Assembly (NCBI GenBank): GCA_964016885.1 | Contig: OZ024741.1 | Coordinates: forward strand, 191,084,001 to 191,148,000 | DNA: 64,000 nucleotides | Origin: Eledone cirrhosa | Taxonomy: Eukaryota | Reading direction: 5' to 3' | Shown: piece by piece, positions 1-14,100 of the stretch | How the letters are laid out: every line of letters begins with the position of its first letter | Numbering within the stretch: position 1 is the stretch's first letter | Program-made: the position numbers and the translations under genes | The notes under the pieces: model-generated | What the model was told of the DNA's origin: nothing | Database searches by the model: none | The model's input: the letters and a program-made list of their open reading frames with translations, nothing else

Positions 1-42
<42 letters not shown>

Positions 43-45
<3 letters not shown>

Positions 46-856
46 GTTTAGGGAACTACTACCACTGCTAGCTGCAAAAGGCTTCTCCCTCAGAATGAAA
101 GGCAGACTGTATGATGCGTGTATCCGAACAGCGATGTTGCATGGTAGTGAGACCTGGGCGCTGAAGGTGGAAGACTTACGTAGATTAGAGAGAAACGAAG
201 CCTGCATGCTCCGATGGATGTGTAACAGTAATATAAGTGAACGACAAAGCATAAAGGAATTGAGAGAGAGAGAGACTGAGCATAAGAGGAATCAAATGCT
301 GCATGCAGGAGAGGCGGTTACGCTGGTATGGACATGTGATGCGTATGAAGGATGACAGCTGCATAAAAAGGTGCAGAGCACTAGAAGTTGATGGAAACCG
401 CGGAGTGGGGAGACCCAAGATGACCTGGGATGAGGTGATAAAAGCCGACCTTACCCAACTACACCTCTCAAAGTCAATGACACACGACCGTGACTTCTGG
501 CGTCACGCAGTAATACAGGGTACCCGACCTCCCATGGGTACATGCTGAAGCATATAAACAATATGCCCCCCCCCCCCCCCACCGCAAGGTGGTCGTGGAG
601 GTGCCACGGCAAAAAAGCACCCAGCCCACACTGTAAAGTGGACGTGTAGGCGCCACGAAAAAGCACCCAGCACTGACTGTAAATGAGGTTGGTGTTAGGA
701 AGGGCATCCAGCTGCAGAAATCAAGCCAGATCAGTTCCTGTATGAGCAAGGCATGGTCAGCCGACCAGACACTGCCCACAACAGGACAACCCGTCTAACC
801 CATGCTAGCGTGGAAGAACGGACGTAAAACGGTGATGATGATGATGATGGTGATGA
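43..856 (+). mobile_element. RTE-clade LINE, 3' fragment (family A: long 3' UTR, (GAT)n tail)
   Basis: Frameshifted ORFs 95-355 and 303-548 read KGRLYDACIRTAMLHGSETW...RRLRWYGHVMR...GRPKMTW, the typical RTE ORF2 C-terminus. 3' UTR has ~45-bp tandem units and a gaagggcatccagc block and ends ggacgtaaaac(gat)n. Confidence 0.85.
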
Positions 857-879
857 TATATACATACATGTGTATATAT

Positions 880-1126
880 GTGAGTCCTGTGTTCTATTGG
901 GGGTAACCACAGTTAGTACTCAATACATTAGTAGAGTGTAAACATCTAGTTTGATATAGAAAAGGCTTCCGTAGGACTAGAATTGTTTTATTCATGATAA
1001 TTTCTTTTGAATAAAACAGTTCTAATCCTGTGGAAGCCGTTGCTATATTAAACATGATGTTTACACTCTACTAATGTATTGAGTTCCTTACTAGCTGTGG
1101 TTACCCTTGATTAAACCTGGGATTCA
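880..1126. repeat. Imperfect fold-back inverted repeat (~110-bp arms)
   Basis: gggtaaccacag/ctgtggttaccc and ctcaatacattagtagagtgtaaacatc/gatgtttacactctactaatgtattgag are reverse complements; centre ~1000. Related sequence at 21360-21480. Confidence 0.8.
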
Positions 1127-1302
1127 CGCACACATATACGTGCACATACATATATATACACACACCCATTTGGTCCATTCGTCTTCGTTAATCGGTAATT
1201 GTTTCCCAATTGTACCTGTCGATCAATTAATAATTGTGTACACAAGTTTTAGCACTCAATATAATATAATTTCCAGACAGTGATATAATTATGCAGGTTT
1301 AC

Positions 1303-1410
1303 ATATGAATGAAAAATAAGGCAGTATTCTGGAATCATATAATTTTATTAATTACATCATTGATAAAATGATATAAGATTACAAAATACTGCCTTTATCT
1401 TCATTTATAT
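1303..1410. repeat. Degenerate short inverted repeat
   Basis: aaggcagtattctggaatc pairs with gattacaaaatactgcctt; followed by (TA)n. Confidence 0.6.
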
Positions 1411-1431
1411 ATATATATATATATATATATG

Positions 1432-1785
1432 GCAATGAATTTGTTTTGCAAGGTTTTTGATATGAAATCATGTGTTGAAACAAATATTGGTATATTTGGG
1501 GAGGGTCATATTGTTATAATATTGCCAGAAATAATAATAAAACACACTCACTGTTTGGTTTGGATTGGTTTTCGCTTCTGTATATTTTATATCCCTATAG
1601 TTAATTTAGCTGGCAATTAATGTTTGTCGTTGATTGACCAACAGTTATAAATATAGATATAAATATATATATATATATATATATAGTCTATGAAAGTTCT
1701 TTCATCACACACCTGTGACATCATCATAGTACCACTGATGATGTCACATATCTATATTTTTAACTGTTGGTCAATCAATGATAAA
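1432..1785 (-). mobile_element. Penelope-like pLTR remnant with fold-back and degenerate hammerhead core
   Basis: 1432-1560 aligns by eye with 53015-53125. Arms 1626-1660/1748-1782 are inverted. Minus strand reads (a)tgatga-tgtcac-aggtgt-gtgat-gaaa-gaac, matching the intact motif at 53312-53354. Confidence 0.6.
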
Positions 1786-2062
1786 TATATATATATTTAT
1801 ATATATATTGTTAGTGTGTTCACCATGCAACCGTTGACCTGAGTTCACCAGATAGCATTCAGAGATAAAGACAAGCAACTTCTAATGTTTATCAATACGA
1901 GGCACATCATAGAGCCTCTTTACAACTAGCTGGCCAGACCCAAGTGTTACATTCTATTGGCATCACCATTAACTAATTAGAGTGTGATTTGCTCAACTCT
2001 AGTCAGTTAACACCTTATAAAAATTATATATATATATATACATACATCTCTCATGAGGATTG

Positions 2063-2390
2063 ACTGTAAAGTGGTCGTGATGATAACACGGTAAAAAGCA
2101 CGCAGCCCACACTGTAAAGTGGTCATGTAGTTATCATGACAAAAAGCACCCAGTCCACACTGTAAAGTCGTTGTGGAGGTATCACAACAAAAAGCGCCCA
2201 GTACTCACTGTAAATGAGGTTTGGCATTAGGAAGGGCATCCAGCTGTAGAACCCAAACCAAAATCAGTTCTGTATGAGCAAGACATGATCACCTGACGTA
2301 ACATTGCCCACAACAGGACAACTCGTCTAACCCATGCCAGTGTGGAAAAATTAATGTAAAATGATGATGATGATGATGATGATAATGATA
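2063..2390 (+). mobile_element. Isolated RTE family A 3' UTR / SINE tail
   Basis: Three ~48-bp ctgtaaagtggtcgt...aaaaagcacccag units, a gaagggcatccagctgtagaa block and a (GAT)n tail; collinear with 585-856. Confidence 0.75.
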
Positions 2391-3335
2391 TATATAAATA
2401 CAAGTTTTCCTGTAGTATTAAGTGATAGAGTACAAGATTCCCTCATGCTTAAGGATACTATTTGCCACACAATCTGAGGACTGACCCTACAACTTTACAA
2501 TTGTAAGACCAATGCATTAACCACTTAGCTTAATGCCATTACACGCATACACATCAAGATATCCACATTTATACATGTTCATCCTTGCCTCTTTTGCCCT
2601 CTCTCTCTCTCTCTCTTCTTCCACTCTTACTCTCTTCTTCCCCCTTTCTCTCTTTCACTTTCACTCCCAGTTGGTAGTTAATTTCTGTTTCAACTTTTTT
2701 CTTTCATCCTCCAGGGGCCATGTAAAATATAGTACCAGTCATGTACTGGGTTCATATAAACTAATATGCATGCACCTACCGACTCCAAATGTATGGATTA
2801 GAAATTAGGTTAGAAATCAATATTTTGTGTAAAACATGAAATTTTGAGTTATGTAACTCTAGATCAGCCTGATTATAATAGACTTTTGTTCACATCTATG
2901 ACCATCACAGTTCGTATTCAAGCATAGTGTATTTAGAACTACTACCTAAAAGACCTTTATTTTTTAAATAGTAAGGTGTTATTTGATAGAGATTCAGTTT
3001 ATATTTCTGTGTCAGTCTCCCTAGACGGGAATCACTCATTTACATACTATACTCACTCATGTATAAGTTGCACCTATTTTCTCCAAAAATACAATATAAA
3101 ATCCAACATGGCCACTAATCTACTGGACCTACAAAACCTCAATTCAAATCAAGTACTGAATCAAGATTAGTAGTTCCATTAAGTTGAGGTCAGGAGTATA
3201 CAAATAATGGCATTACATTGTTAACCGTTTTGATAGCAACCCAGCCAAAGCCACCTCTCATTCTATCAAACAAATCCATCATAATTTGATACAAAAATCT
3301 TTTGATAAGTTATATTTAAATATCATCTTAATAAT

Positions 3336-3552
3336 TGTTTCTACATTAGGCACAAGATCAGCAATTTTTGGGGAGGGGAAAGTCGATTAAATTGACCACA
3401 GTGCATGCCTAGTACTGTATTTTATCGACCCCTTAAGGATGAAAGGTAAAGCTAAGCTCGGCGGGATTTGAACTCAAAACGTAAAGGGGCTTAACTCTAT
3501 GCTGCAAAACATTTTGTCTGACGCTATACTGATTCTGCCAATTCTCTGCCCT
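3336..3552 (-). mobile_element. tRNA-derived SINE (family 2)
   Basis: B-box-like gagttcaaatccc on the minus strand; central atcgacccc..aaggatgaaagg block; flanked by near-identical aaata(t/c)catcttaataat TSD (3318-3335, 3553-3570). Second copy at 24347-24537. Confidence 0.8.
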
Positions 3553-3766
3553 AAATACCATCTTAATAATGAAATAACTAATATTTTAGTAAGTCCCTCC
3601 AAATGTTTGATTGATTAATTGAAATACAATGCATTTCATTTGAAATATGGTAGTGAAAGGATTAAACAGAAATCCTTGGCTTAACAGAAATGACTAATTC
3701 TTTCTAATTTTGTGGCAGCAAAGACAGGGAAGAATATTGAAACTTTGTATTTAGAATAAACACATA

Positions 3767-3925
3767 TGAGGCATGTGGTAAAGAGGTTCAGTTGTCAACT
3801 ATGTGGTTTGGGATTCTATCCAAATGTGTGACACCTTGGGCAATGTCAATTATTATAGCCTCAAATTGACCAATGCCACATGAGTGAAATTTGCAGACCA
3901 AACTATATGAAGCCCATCTTATATG
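3767..3925 (+). mobile_element. Degenerate tRNA-derived SINE with CORE-like block (family 3), followed by (GT)n
   Basis: ggcatgtggtaaagagg head and accttgggcaa block; similar sequence at 62290-62440. Confidence 0.55.
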
Positions 3926-3929
3926 TGTA

Positions 3930-3979
<50 letters not shown>

Positions 3980-4431
3980 TGTGTGTGTTTGTCTCTGTGT
4001 CTGTTTGTCTCTGCATTTGATATTACTTGTGCAGACAATAACATTTGTTGATGTCCTTCTTAAACAACAGATGTCCTGCAGCTCAGTGGTTTAGATGTAT
4101 GAAGATCCATATAATACTCTTAAAAATAAAAGCAAGTATGGGTTGTATCAGGAATAACACCAAGTCATAAAATTCTGTGTCTAAATGTCTCATCCAACTT
4201 AAGCATTAAAAGATGATTCAAAGCTATCCAAGGAAAGTGTTTATGTTGAGAAATATGGCACCTTAAAGGTGAGTGAAGAATAAAATAATGGAATGGAATG
4301 ACAAACATTAAAATGTATTGTAGAATACAGAAATATGAAATGTGGGGTTGGTAGTGTAGAAATTGCAGATTATTCTAATTAATTTGTTTTCAAAATCAAA
4401 TCAAAGTAGATAAAGAAAATTATGTACAAAC

Positions 4432-6235
4432 CTTCTTTTGATTTGATGGAGGCTTTGCAGTTAAGTACTCTTCTGCTGGATCCTACAAATTCACAGTGGT
4501 CATCTCCAGATCCCAAATTGTCTGCTATATCCAGGTAACCAGAAAACATATTATTACTGAGAAGAATTTTATATCTGTCTGGTTGACCACAAAGTATCAC
4601 ACCAACATATTTTCCAATATGGTATTGTATTTTCTTAATGTATTTTGTACCATAACAATCACTTGTAATATCATGGAATGAGAAATTATATCGTGCCCAC
4701 TTTCCAGAATTAACCAGCACCTCGGTTCGGAATTGTAGTAACTCTTTCTTCATGGCATTCATTCTCAAAGAAGTTGAATTTAGTATATCATTCAAATGTC
4801 TTATAACATTTGCTTGCTTTTGTACCTCTTCACTTTGGTTCATCGAGTGACTCTTCAGAAGCTGCATTGTTAAGTTCACATGTTGTATTTTATCAAGCAG
4901 ATTACCTTTCATGATATTGATACTTTCATTGTATTTCTGCAATTTCTCCATAGTTTGGTTATCTGTACCTTTGAGAGCACTGATTGCTGTGAAGAGAATC
5001 TGTGAGATATTAAGAAAATGTAATTTCATGCCATCATCAATTTGTCTGATCTTGGACTGCACCTGGTCAATAGATCCAGCATGTTTCTCTTGTGTATCAT
5101 TAAGATCATGTTTCAGATCATAGATAAGTTTCTCAAGCTTCTGAGAACCAACCACAATTTCTTGAATTTTAGAATCTAAAGGACCCATAATCTCATCAAT
5201 GTATTCATACAAACTCGAATTAATTTGATTTGACATTTTATGAATATTGTTCATTGTCGAAATATTTGCACGATATACAGAATTATTGATCTCAGAGCGC
5301 CAGATTTCTAAGTTTTGGATTTTCCTATTCAACCTCATTACATCAAATTTTGTTTCATTTGTAACTCTTTCAATTGTTTGAACGTTTTTATTAACCTGGA
5401 TACTGATTTCCTTTGCTGTGTTCAGTTGTCCTTGAATACTGCCAAACTCAATATCCATTCTTTTCTCCATAGATTGATATTTTTTGTGCATTTCCTGATA
5501 TTTCGCATCCAGAACCTGAATGTTTTTCCTCAATTCTTTAAGTTGTGAAGAAATAACTCTAGAGATGATATTGTTTGAATACTTATGAGTACTTAGCACA
5601 GGTTGTTCAGCTCTTATTCCATCATCAATCTTTGGAACCATATCTTCTCTTGGATAAGTATCCTGAAGACTTCTCCGTAGATCTTCATTGAAGTTATTCT
5701 CATAGGCTTTAAAATGTTTATTCACCTCTTGTGAGATGGTGTTGTTTACTTTACGGAGAGCATTTTGAGTATATTTCTGAACCATAGTTTCTATCTGAGG
5801 TACGTCAGGCAAAGCTTCATCTTTCACATGGTGGTTGTTTATGGATGACCTACCATAATAACGAGATGATGTGTCTGGCCTGCGTTGACCATGCTCCTCT
5901 CCAGGCTGGCTATTATCTGGATTTCCAATAAGTCGATTAATAATCTTTTCTAGACGAACTATTTGGCTATTGTGACTCTTCAGTATATCAGAATTTTTTT
6001 GAAAATCACTCACTATCAAATGTTTTATCCGATCCAGTTGTTTCTGAAACCCTACAATGTCTTCTTTGTTCCTGTCCAATTGTTTAGAAAGGTTGTCAAC
6101 ATCACTACAGCTACTTTTAATTTTGCTCCTTGGAACTGCCAAACTTATTATACATTCGTCTGGTCCTGCAGACACAATGGTAAATAGGAACAGCTTTATT
6201 GACACAAATAAAACTCCTAACATTGAGCAATGCAT
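4432..6235 (-). CDS. Large coding exon: secreted coiled-coil protein with C-terminal ABI3BP(TARSH)/FNDC1-C-like domain
   Basis: Non-repetitive 632-aa ORF in AT-rich DNA. First ATGs at 6235/6223 precede a signal-peptide-like MLGVLFVSIKLFLFTIVSA, then a long heptad-rich middle. The C-terminus W..Y.F...SDCYGTKYIKK...KYVGVILC...RYKILLS...DIADNLGSGDDHCEFV resembles the ABI3BP/FNDC1 C-terminal motif as recalled (FVGVQLC..LRYKIYLS...IGDQRGHGEDHCQFV). Likely splice donor GAAG|GTTTGT at 4432/4431. Confidence 0.85.
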
Positions 6236-6899
6236 TATGAAGAAAGAATAAGTTCTAATCAACCTAGAATATCTCAATGTGTCTCCTCTTTTGTTTCACC
6301 TTTTTTGTTTGTTTTACTTCCCTCTCCTTTGTTCTGTACTGAAAGATGCTGGGTTCTGTTAGGTCTCAGTGGCACCCGTCATATCAATGTGGTCTTCCGT
6401 AGCCATAAACATTTTTGTTATGAGAAATAGTTATTATGTATTAGGGGTTTTTTCTGGCGGTAGGGTATCTGCCTGTTTTTTTCTTCTTTTATTTGTATTA
6501 TTTCAATTTTGTCAATGAAAAGTAATTACGTTTAGTGAAATAATTAGGAGGAAGCTAGAATATGGTAATTGTTAATTTGTGCCACAGACATTAAAACAAA
6601 AGAAATAACAATGAGAATGAAGAGAAGAAGAATCTTACATGTCCTGCTATTGGCTCCTTTAAATTTTATAATCCAAATAATTTTTTCAATAACATACCAA
6701 ATATTCAGAAAAAAATCGTTCTTCTCAATTTCTCTATAAAACTAACTTTTTTCCTTTCTTGTTTTGAAATTTTTTGTTCAAATGGAATTATATTTTACTT
6801 CAATTAAATAAAACAAATTTCTCTCCTTGTGAATCTTTTTAGCTTTTCAGTCTTTTTTGTTGTTGTTGTTGTTTTTTTTATCCACTGTTCTAATGAGTG

Positions 6900-6942
6900 A
6901 GTCCAACTGCTACAGAAGCAGAACTGTGTCTATCTATATAGT
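6900..6942 (-). promoter_or_regulatory. Possible TATA + Inr-like core promoter for the 4432-6235 gene
   Basis: Minus strand TATATAGA starts at 6940 and GCAGTT lies ~32 nt downstream. Motif spacing is the only support. Confidence 0.2.
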
Positions 6943-7377
6943 GCTGTTACCGCCAGCTGCTGTTCTTCCAGCAGAAATGTGTGTAGATGTTCTAAGAAGG
7001 CAGGTCTCAATCAGTGTCTGATAGTGGTAGCGCCACCACCACTATCACCAGTTGTAACAGTGTATATAACTGCCTCTTGTAACTGCCACCATCCCCACAC
7101 ACTCCAGTCTAACTTTAACACTTTAGCTTTCCAAACAACCACTTGTCATTATTGCAACCACCTTCTCTTTCTCTTTTTCTCTATCTATCTTTTTTCTCTT
7201 TCTCTGTCCTCCTACTACTGCCACACTCACACCATCACTCTACTCTCAATACTCCCCTTTTTCTAACATTTTACAACTTCCAATTCAGTAGTAAGATTTA
7301 TCCCCCACCCCTCGTTCTTTCTCTTTTCATGTTCTTTATCTTTTTTGGGAAGGGGGGGGGGGGGGTCCTGTTGTTTA

Positions 7378-7722
7378 TTTGTGTCTGTGTGTTTGTGTAT
7401 GTGTGTGAGTGTGTGTGTGTTTGTATGTGTATGTGTGTGTTTGCATGTGTGTGAGTATGTGTGTGTTTGTGTATGTGCATGAGTGTGTGTGTGTGTGTGT
7501 TTGTATGTGTATGTGTGTGTGTTTGTATATGTGTGTGAGTGTGTGTGTGTGTTTGTATGTGTGTGTGTATGTGTGTGTTTGTATATGTGTGTGTTTGAGT
7601 ATGTGTGTGAGTGTGTGTGTGTTTGTATGTGTATGTGTGTGTTTGCATGTGTGTGTGTATGTGTGTGTTTGTGTGTGCGTGTGTGTGTGTTTGCATGTGT
7701 GTGTATGTGTGTTTGTATATGT
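7378..7722. repeat. Compound (GT)n/(GTAT) microsatellite
   Basis: Visible directly in the sequence. Confidence 0.95.
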
Positions 7723-8194
7723 GCCCTCTCATATTTGTTATATGAAGTCTTTACAACATGTTAATGTTAACTAAACAGAGAGAGATAGAGACAGATATAG
7801 AGAGAGGGGCAACCTTATTTCCCCTCATCAATCCACACTGATTTTTCATTGGTCGCTGTGAGGCTTCCACTTCAACATCCACCCCTCTGTCTCATTGCTT
7901 TAACCTCCTACCTCTGATATTCCTTCATTCTTTCTTTTCCTCTCCCCTACTTCCTGCCCCTTCTCCACCCCATCCTTCTTTCTCTCACTCCCCCTATCTT
8001 ACAGCATCTACTTGTTGGAATCCTGTCACTGTTTGTACGTGTATGAGTGTATATGTATGTTTTTGCATTGTGTGTGTATATGTGTGTCTGCATGTGTATA
8101 CATGTGCATATGCATGTGTATGTATGCAGGTAAATATGTGGGTGTTCCATCTCTATCATCATAGCCACCAACATCAACACCATCACCACTATCA

Positions 8195-11100
8195 CCACCA
8201 CCACCACCAACACTTCCAACACCACTATTATCAAGACATCAACCCCTCTACCACCACCACCACCACCACCACCACTTCCAACACCACTATTATCAAGACA
8301 TCAACCCCTCTACCACCACCACCACCACCACCACCACTTCCAACACCACTATTATCAAGACATCAACCCCTCTACCACCACCACCACCACCACCAACACT
8401 TCCAACACCACTATTATCAAGACATCAACCCCTCTACCACCACCACCACCACCACCAACACTTCCAACACCACTATTATCAAGACATCAACCCCTCTACC
8501 ACCACCACCACCACCAACACTTCCAACACCACTATTATCAAGACATCAACCCCTCTACCACCACCACCACCACCAACACTTCCAACACCACTATTATCAA
8601 GACATCAACCACTCTACCACCACCACCACCACCAACACTTCCAACACCACTATTATCAAGACATCAACCCCTCTACCACCACCACCACCACGAACACTTC
8701 CAACACCACTATTATCAAGACATCAACCCCTCTACCACCACCACCACCACCACCAACACTTCCAACACCACTATTATCAAGACATCAACCCCTCTACCAC
8801 CACCACCACCACCAACACTTCCAACACCACTATTATCAAGACATCAACCCCTCTACCACCACCACCACCACCACCAACACTTCCAACACCACTATTATCA
8901 AGACATCAACCCCTCTACCACCACCACCACCACCACCAACACTTCCAACACCACTATTATCAAGACATCAACCCCTCTACCACCACCACCACCACCACCA
9001 ACACTTCCAACACCACTATTATCAAGACATCAACCCCTCTACCACCACCACCACCACCACCAACACTTCCAATACCACTATTATCAAGACATCAACCCCT
9101 CTACCACCACCACCACCACCACCAACACTTCCAACACCACTATTATCAAGACATCAACCCCTCTACCACCACCACCACCACCACCAACACTTCCAACACC
9201 ACTATTATCAAGACATCAACCCCTCTACCACCACCACCACCACCAACACTTCCAACACCACTATTATCAAGACATCAACCCCTCTACCACCACCACCACC
9301 ACCACCAACACTTCCAACACCACTATTATCAAGACATCAACCCCTCTACCACCACCACCACCACCACCAACACTTCCAACACCACTATTATCAAGACATC
9401 AACCCCTCTACCACCACCACCACCACCACCACCAACACTTCCAACACCACTATTATCAAGACATCAACCCCTCTACCACCACCACCACCACCACCAACAC
9501 TTCCAACACCACTATTATCAAGACATCAACCCCTCTACCACCACCACCACCACCACCAACACTTCCAACACCACTATTATCAAGACATCAACCCCTCTAC
9601 CACCACCACCACCACCAACACTTCCAACACCACTATTATCAAGACATCAACCCCCCTACCACCACCACCACCACCAACACTTCCAACACCACTATTATCA
9701 AGACATCAACCCCTCTACCACCACCACCACCACCACCAACACTTCCAACACCACTATTATCAAGACATCAACCCCTCTACCACCACCACCACCACCACCA
9801 ACACTTCCAACACCACTATTATCAAGACATCAACCCCTCTACCACCACCACCACCACCACCAACACTTCCAACACCACTATTATCAAGACATCAACCCCT
9901 CTACCACCACCACCACCACCACCAACACTTCCAACACCACTATTATCAAGACATCAACCCCTCTACCACCACCACCACCACCACCACCAACACTTCCAAC
10001 ACCACTATTATCAAGACATCAACCCCTCTACCACCACCACCACCACCACCACCAACACTTCCAACACCACTATTATCAAGACATCAACCCCTCTACCACC
10101 ACCACCACCACCACCACCAACACTTCCAACACCACTATTATCAAGACATCAACCCCTCTACCACCACCACCACCACCACCAACACTTCCAACACCACTAT
10201 TATCAAGACATCAACCCTCTGCCACCACCACCACCACCACCAACACTTCCAACACCACTATTATCAAGACATCAACCCCTCTACCACCACCACCACCACC
10301 AACACTTCCAACACCACTATTATCAAGACATCAACCCCTGTACCACCACCACCACCACCACCAACACTTCCAACACCACTATTATCAAGACATCAACCCC
10401 TCTACCACCACCACCACCACCAACACTTCCAACACCACTATTATCAAGACATCAACCCCTGTACCACCACCACCACCACCACCAACACTTCCAACACCAC
10501 TATTATCAAGACATCAACCCCTCTACCACCACCACCACCACCACCACCACCAACACTTCCAACACCACTATTATCAAGACATCAACCCCTCTACCACCAC
10601 CACCACCACCAACACTTCCAACACCACTATTATCAAGACATCAACCCCTCTACCAGCACCACCACCACCACCACCAACACTTCCAACACCACTATTATCA
10701 AGACATCAACCCCTCTACCACCACCACCACCACCAACACTTCCAACACCACTATTATCAAGACATCAACCCCTCTACCACCACACCACCACCACCACCAA
10801 CACTTCCAACACCACTATTATCAAGACATCAACCCCTCTACCACCACCACCACCACCAACACTTCCAACACCACTATTATCAAGACATCAACCCCTCTAC
10901 CACCACCACCACCACCAACACTTCCACACCACTATTATCAAGACATCAACCCCTCTACCACCACCACCACCACCACCAACACTTCCAACACCACTATTAT
11001 CAAGACATCAACCCCTCTACCACCACCACCACCACCACCACCACCAACACTTCCAACACCACTATTATCAAGACATCAACCCCTCTACCACCACCACCAC

Positions 11101-14100
11101 CACCAACACTTCCAACACCACTATTATCAAGACATCAACCCCTCTACCACCACCACCACCACCACCAACACTTCCAACACCACTATTATCAAGACATCAA
11201 CCCCTCTACCACCACCACCACCACCACCAACACTTCCAACACCACTATTATCAAGACATCAACCCCTCTACCACCACCACCACCACCAACACTTCCAACA
11301 CCACTATTATCAAGACATCAACCCTCTACCACCACCACCACCACCAACACTTCCAACACCACTATTATCAAGACATCAACCCCTCTACCACCACCACCAA
11401 CACTTCCAACACCACTATTATCAAGACATCAACCCCTCTACCACCACCACCACCACCACCAACACTTCCAACACCACTATTATCAAGACATCAACCCCTC
11501 TACCACCACCACCACCACCACCAACACTTCCAACACCACTATTATCAAGACATCAACCCCTCTACCACCACCACCAACACTTCCAACACCACTATTATCA
11601 AGACATCAACCCCTCTACCACCACCACCACCACCACCAACACTTCCAACACCACTATTATCAAGACATCAACCCCTCTACCACCACCACCACCACCACCA
11701 ACACTTCCAACACCACTATTATCAAGACATCAACCCCTCTACCACCACCACCACCACCACCAACACTTCCAACACCACTATTATCAAGACATCAACCCCT
11801 CTACCACCACCACCACCACCACCAACACTTCCAACACCACTATTATCAAGACATCAACCCCTCTACCACCACCACCACCACCAACACTTCCAATACCACT
11901 ATTATCAAGACATCAACCCCTCTACCACCACCACCACCACCACCACCAACACTTCCAACACCACTATTATCAAGACATCAACCCCTCTACCACCACCACC
12001 ACCACCAACACTTCCAACACCACTATTATCAAGACATCAACCCCTCTACCACCACCACCACCACCACCAACACTTCCAACACCACTATTATCAAGACATC
12101 AACCCCTCTACCACCACCACCACCACCACCAACACTTCCAACACCACTATTATCAAGACATCAACCCCTCTACCACCACCACCACCACCACCAACACTTC
12201 CAACACCACTATTATCAAGACATCAACCCCTCTACCACCACCACCACCACCACCAACACTTCCAACACCACTATTATCAAGACATCAACCCCTCTACCAC
12301 CACCACCACCACCAACACTTCCAACACCACTATTATCAAGACATCAACCCCTCTACCACCACCACCACCACCAACACTTCCAACACCACTATTATCAAGA
12401 CATCAACCCCTCTACCACCACCACCACCACCAACACTTCCAACACCACTATTATCAAGACATCAACCCCTCTACCACCACCACCACCACCACCAACACTT
12501 CCAACACCACTATTATCAAGACATCAACCCTCTACCACCACCACCACCACCACCAACACTTCCAACACCACTATTATCAAGACATCAACCCCTCTACCAC
12601 CACCACCACCACCACCAACACTTCCAACACCACTATTATCAAGACATCAACCCCTCTACCACCACCACCACCACCAACACTTCCAACACCACTATTATCA
12701 AGACATCAACCCCTCTACCACCACCACCACCACCAACACTTCCAACACCACTATTATCAAGACATCAACCCCTCTACCACCACCACCAACACTTCCAACA
12801 CCACTATTATCAAGACATCAACCCCTCTACCACCACCACCACCACCACCACCAACACTTCCAACACCACTATTATCAAGACATCAACCCCTCTACCACCA
12901 CCACCACCACCACCACCAACACTTCCAACACCACTATTATCAAGACATCAACCCCTCTACCACCACCACCACCACCACCACCAACACTTCCAACACCACT
13001 ATTATCAAGACATCAACCCCTCTACCACCACCACCACCACCAACACTTCCAACACCACTATTATCAAGACATCAACCCCTCTACCACCACCACCACCACC
13101 AACACTTCCAACACCACTATTATCAAGACATCAACCCCTCTACCACCACCACCAACACTTCCAACACCACTATTATCAAGACATCAACCCCTCTACCACC
13201 ACCACCACCACCACCACCAACACTTCCAACACCACTATTATCAAGACATCAACCCCTCTACCACCACCACCACCACCACCAACACTTCCAACACCACTAT
13301 TATCAAGACATCAACCCCTCTACCACCACCACCACCACCACCAACACTTCCAACACCACTATTATCAAGACATCAACCCCTCTACCACCACCACCAACAC
13401 TTCCAACACCACTATTATCAAGACATCAACCCCTCTACCACCACCACCACCACCACCACCAACACTTCCAACACCACTATTATCTAGACATCAACCCCTC
13501 TACCACCACCACCACCACCACCAACACTTCCAACACCACTATTATCAAGACATCAACCCCTCTACCACCACCACCACCACCACCAACACTTCCAACACCA
13601 CTATTATCAAGACATCAACCCCTCTACCACCACCACCACCACCACCAACACTTCCAACACCACTATTATCAAGACATCAACCCCTCTACCACCACCACCA
13701 ACACTTCCAACACCACTATTATCAAGACATCAACCCCTCTACCACCACCACCACCACCACCACCAACACTTCCAACACCACTATTATCAAGACATCAACC
13801 CCTCTACCACCACCACCACCACCAACACTTCCAACACCACTATTATCAAGACATCAACCCCTCTACCACCACCACCACCACCACCAACACTTCCAACACC
13901 ACTATTATCAAGACATCAACCCCTCTACCACCACCACCACCACCACCAACACCACTATTATCAAGACATCAACCCCTCTACCACCACCACCACCACCAAC
14001 ACTTCCAACACCACTATTATCAAGACATCAACCCCTGTACCACCACCACCACCACCACCAACACTTCCAACACCACTATTATCAAGACATCAACCCCTCT

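Noticed and set aside
4379-4431. ORF tail LYIIFFIYFDLILKTN as a membrane anchor
   Set aside because: Follows a good GT donor and is T-rich; more likely intron read-through.
8043-13487. 1814-aa His/Thr/Pro-rich ORF
   Set aside because: Artefact of a stop-free minisatellite. Unit length is not a multiple of 3, so the frame cycles through all three readings, and the array continues 5 kb past the stop.
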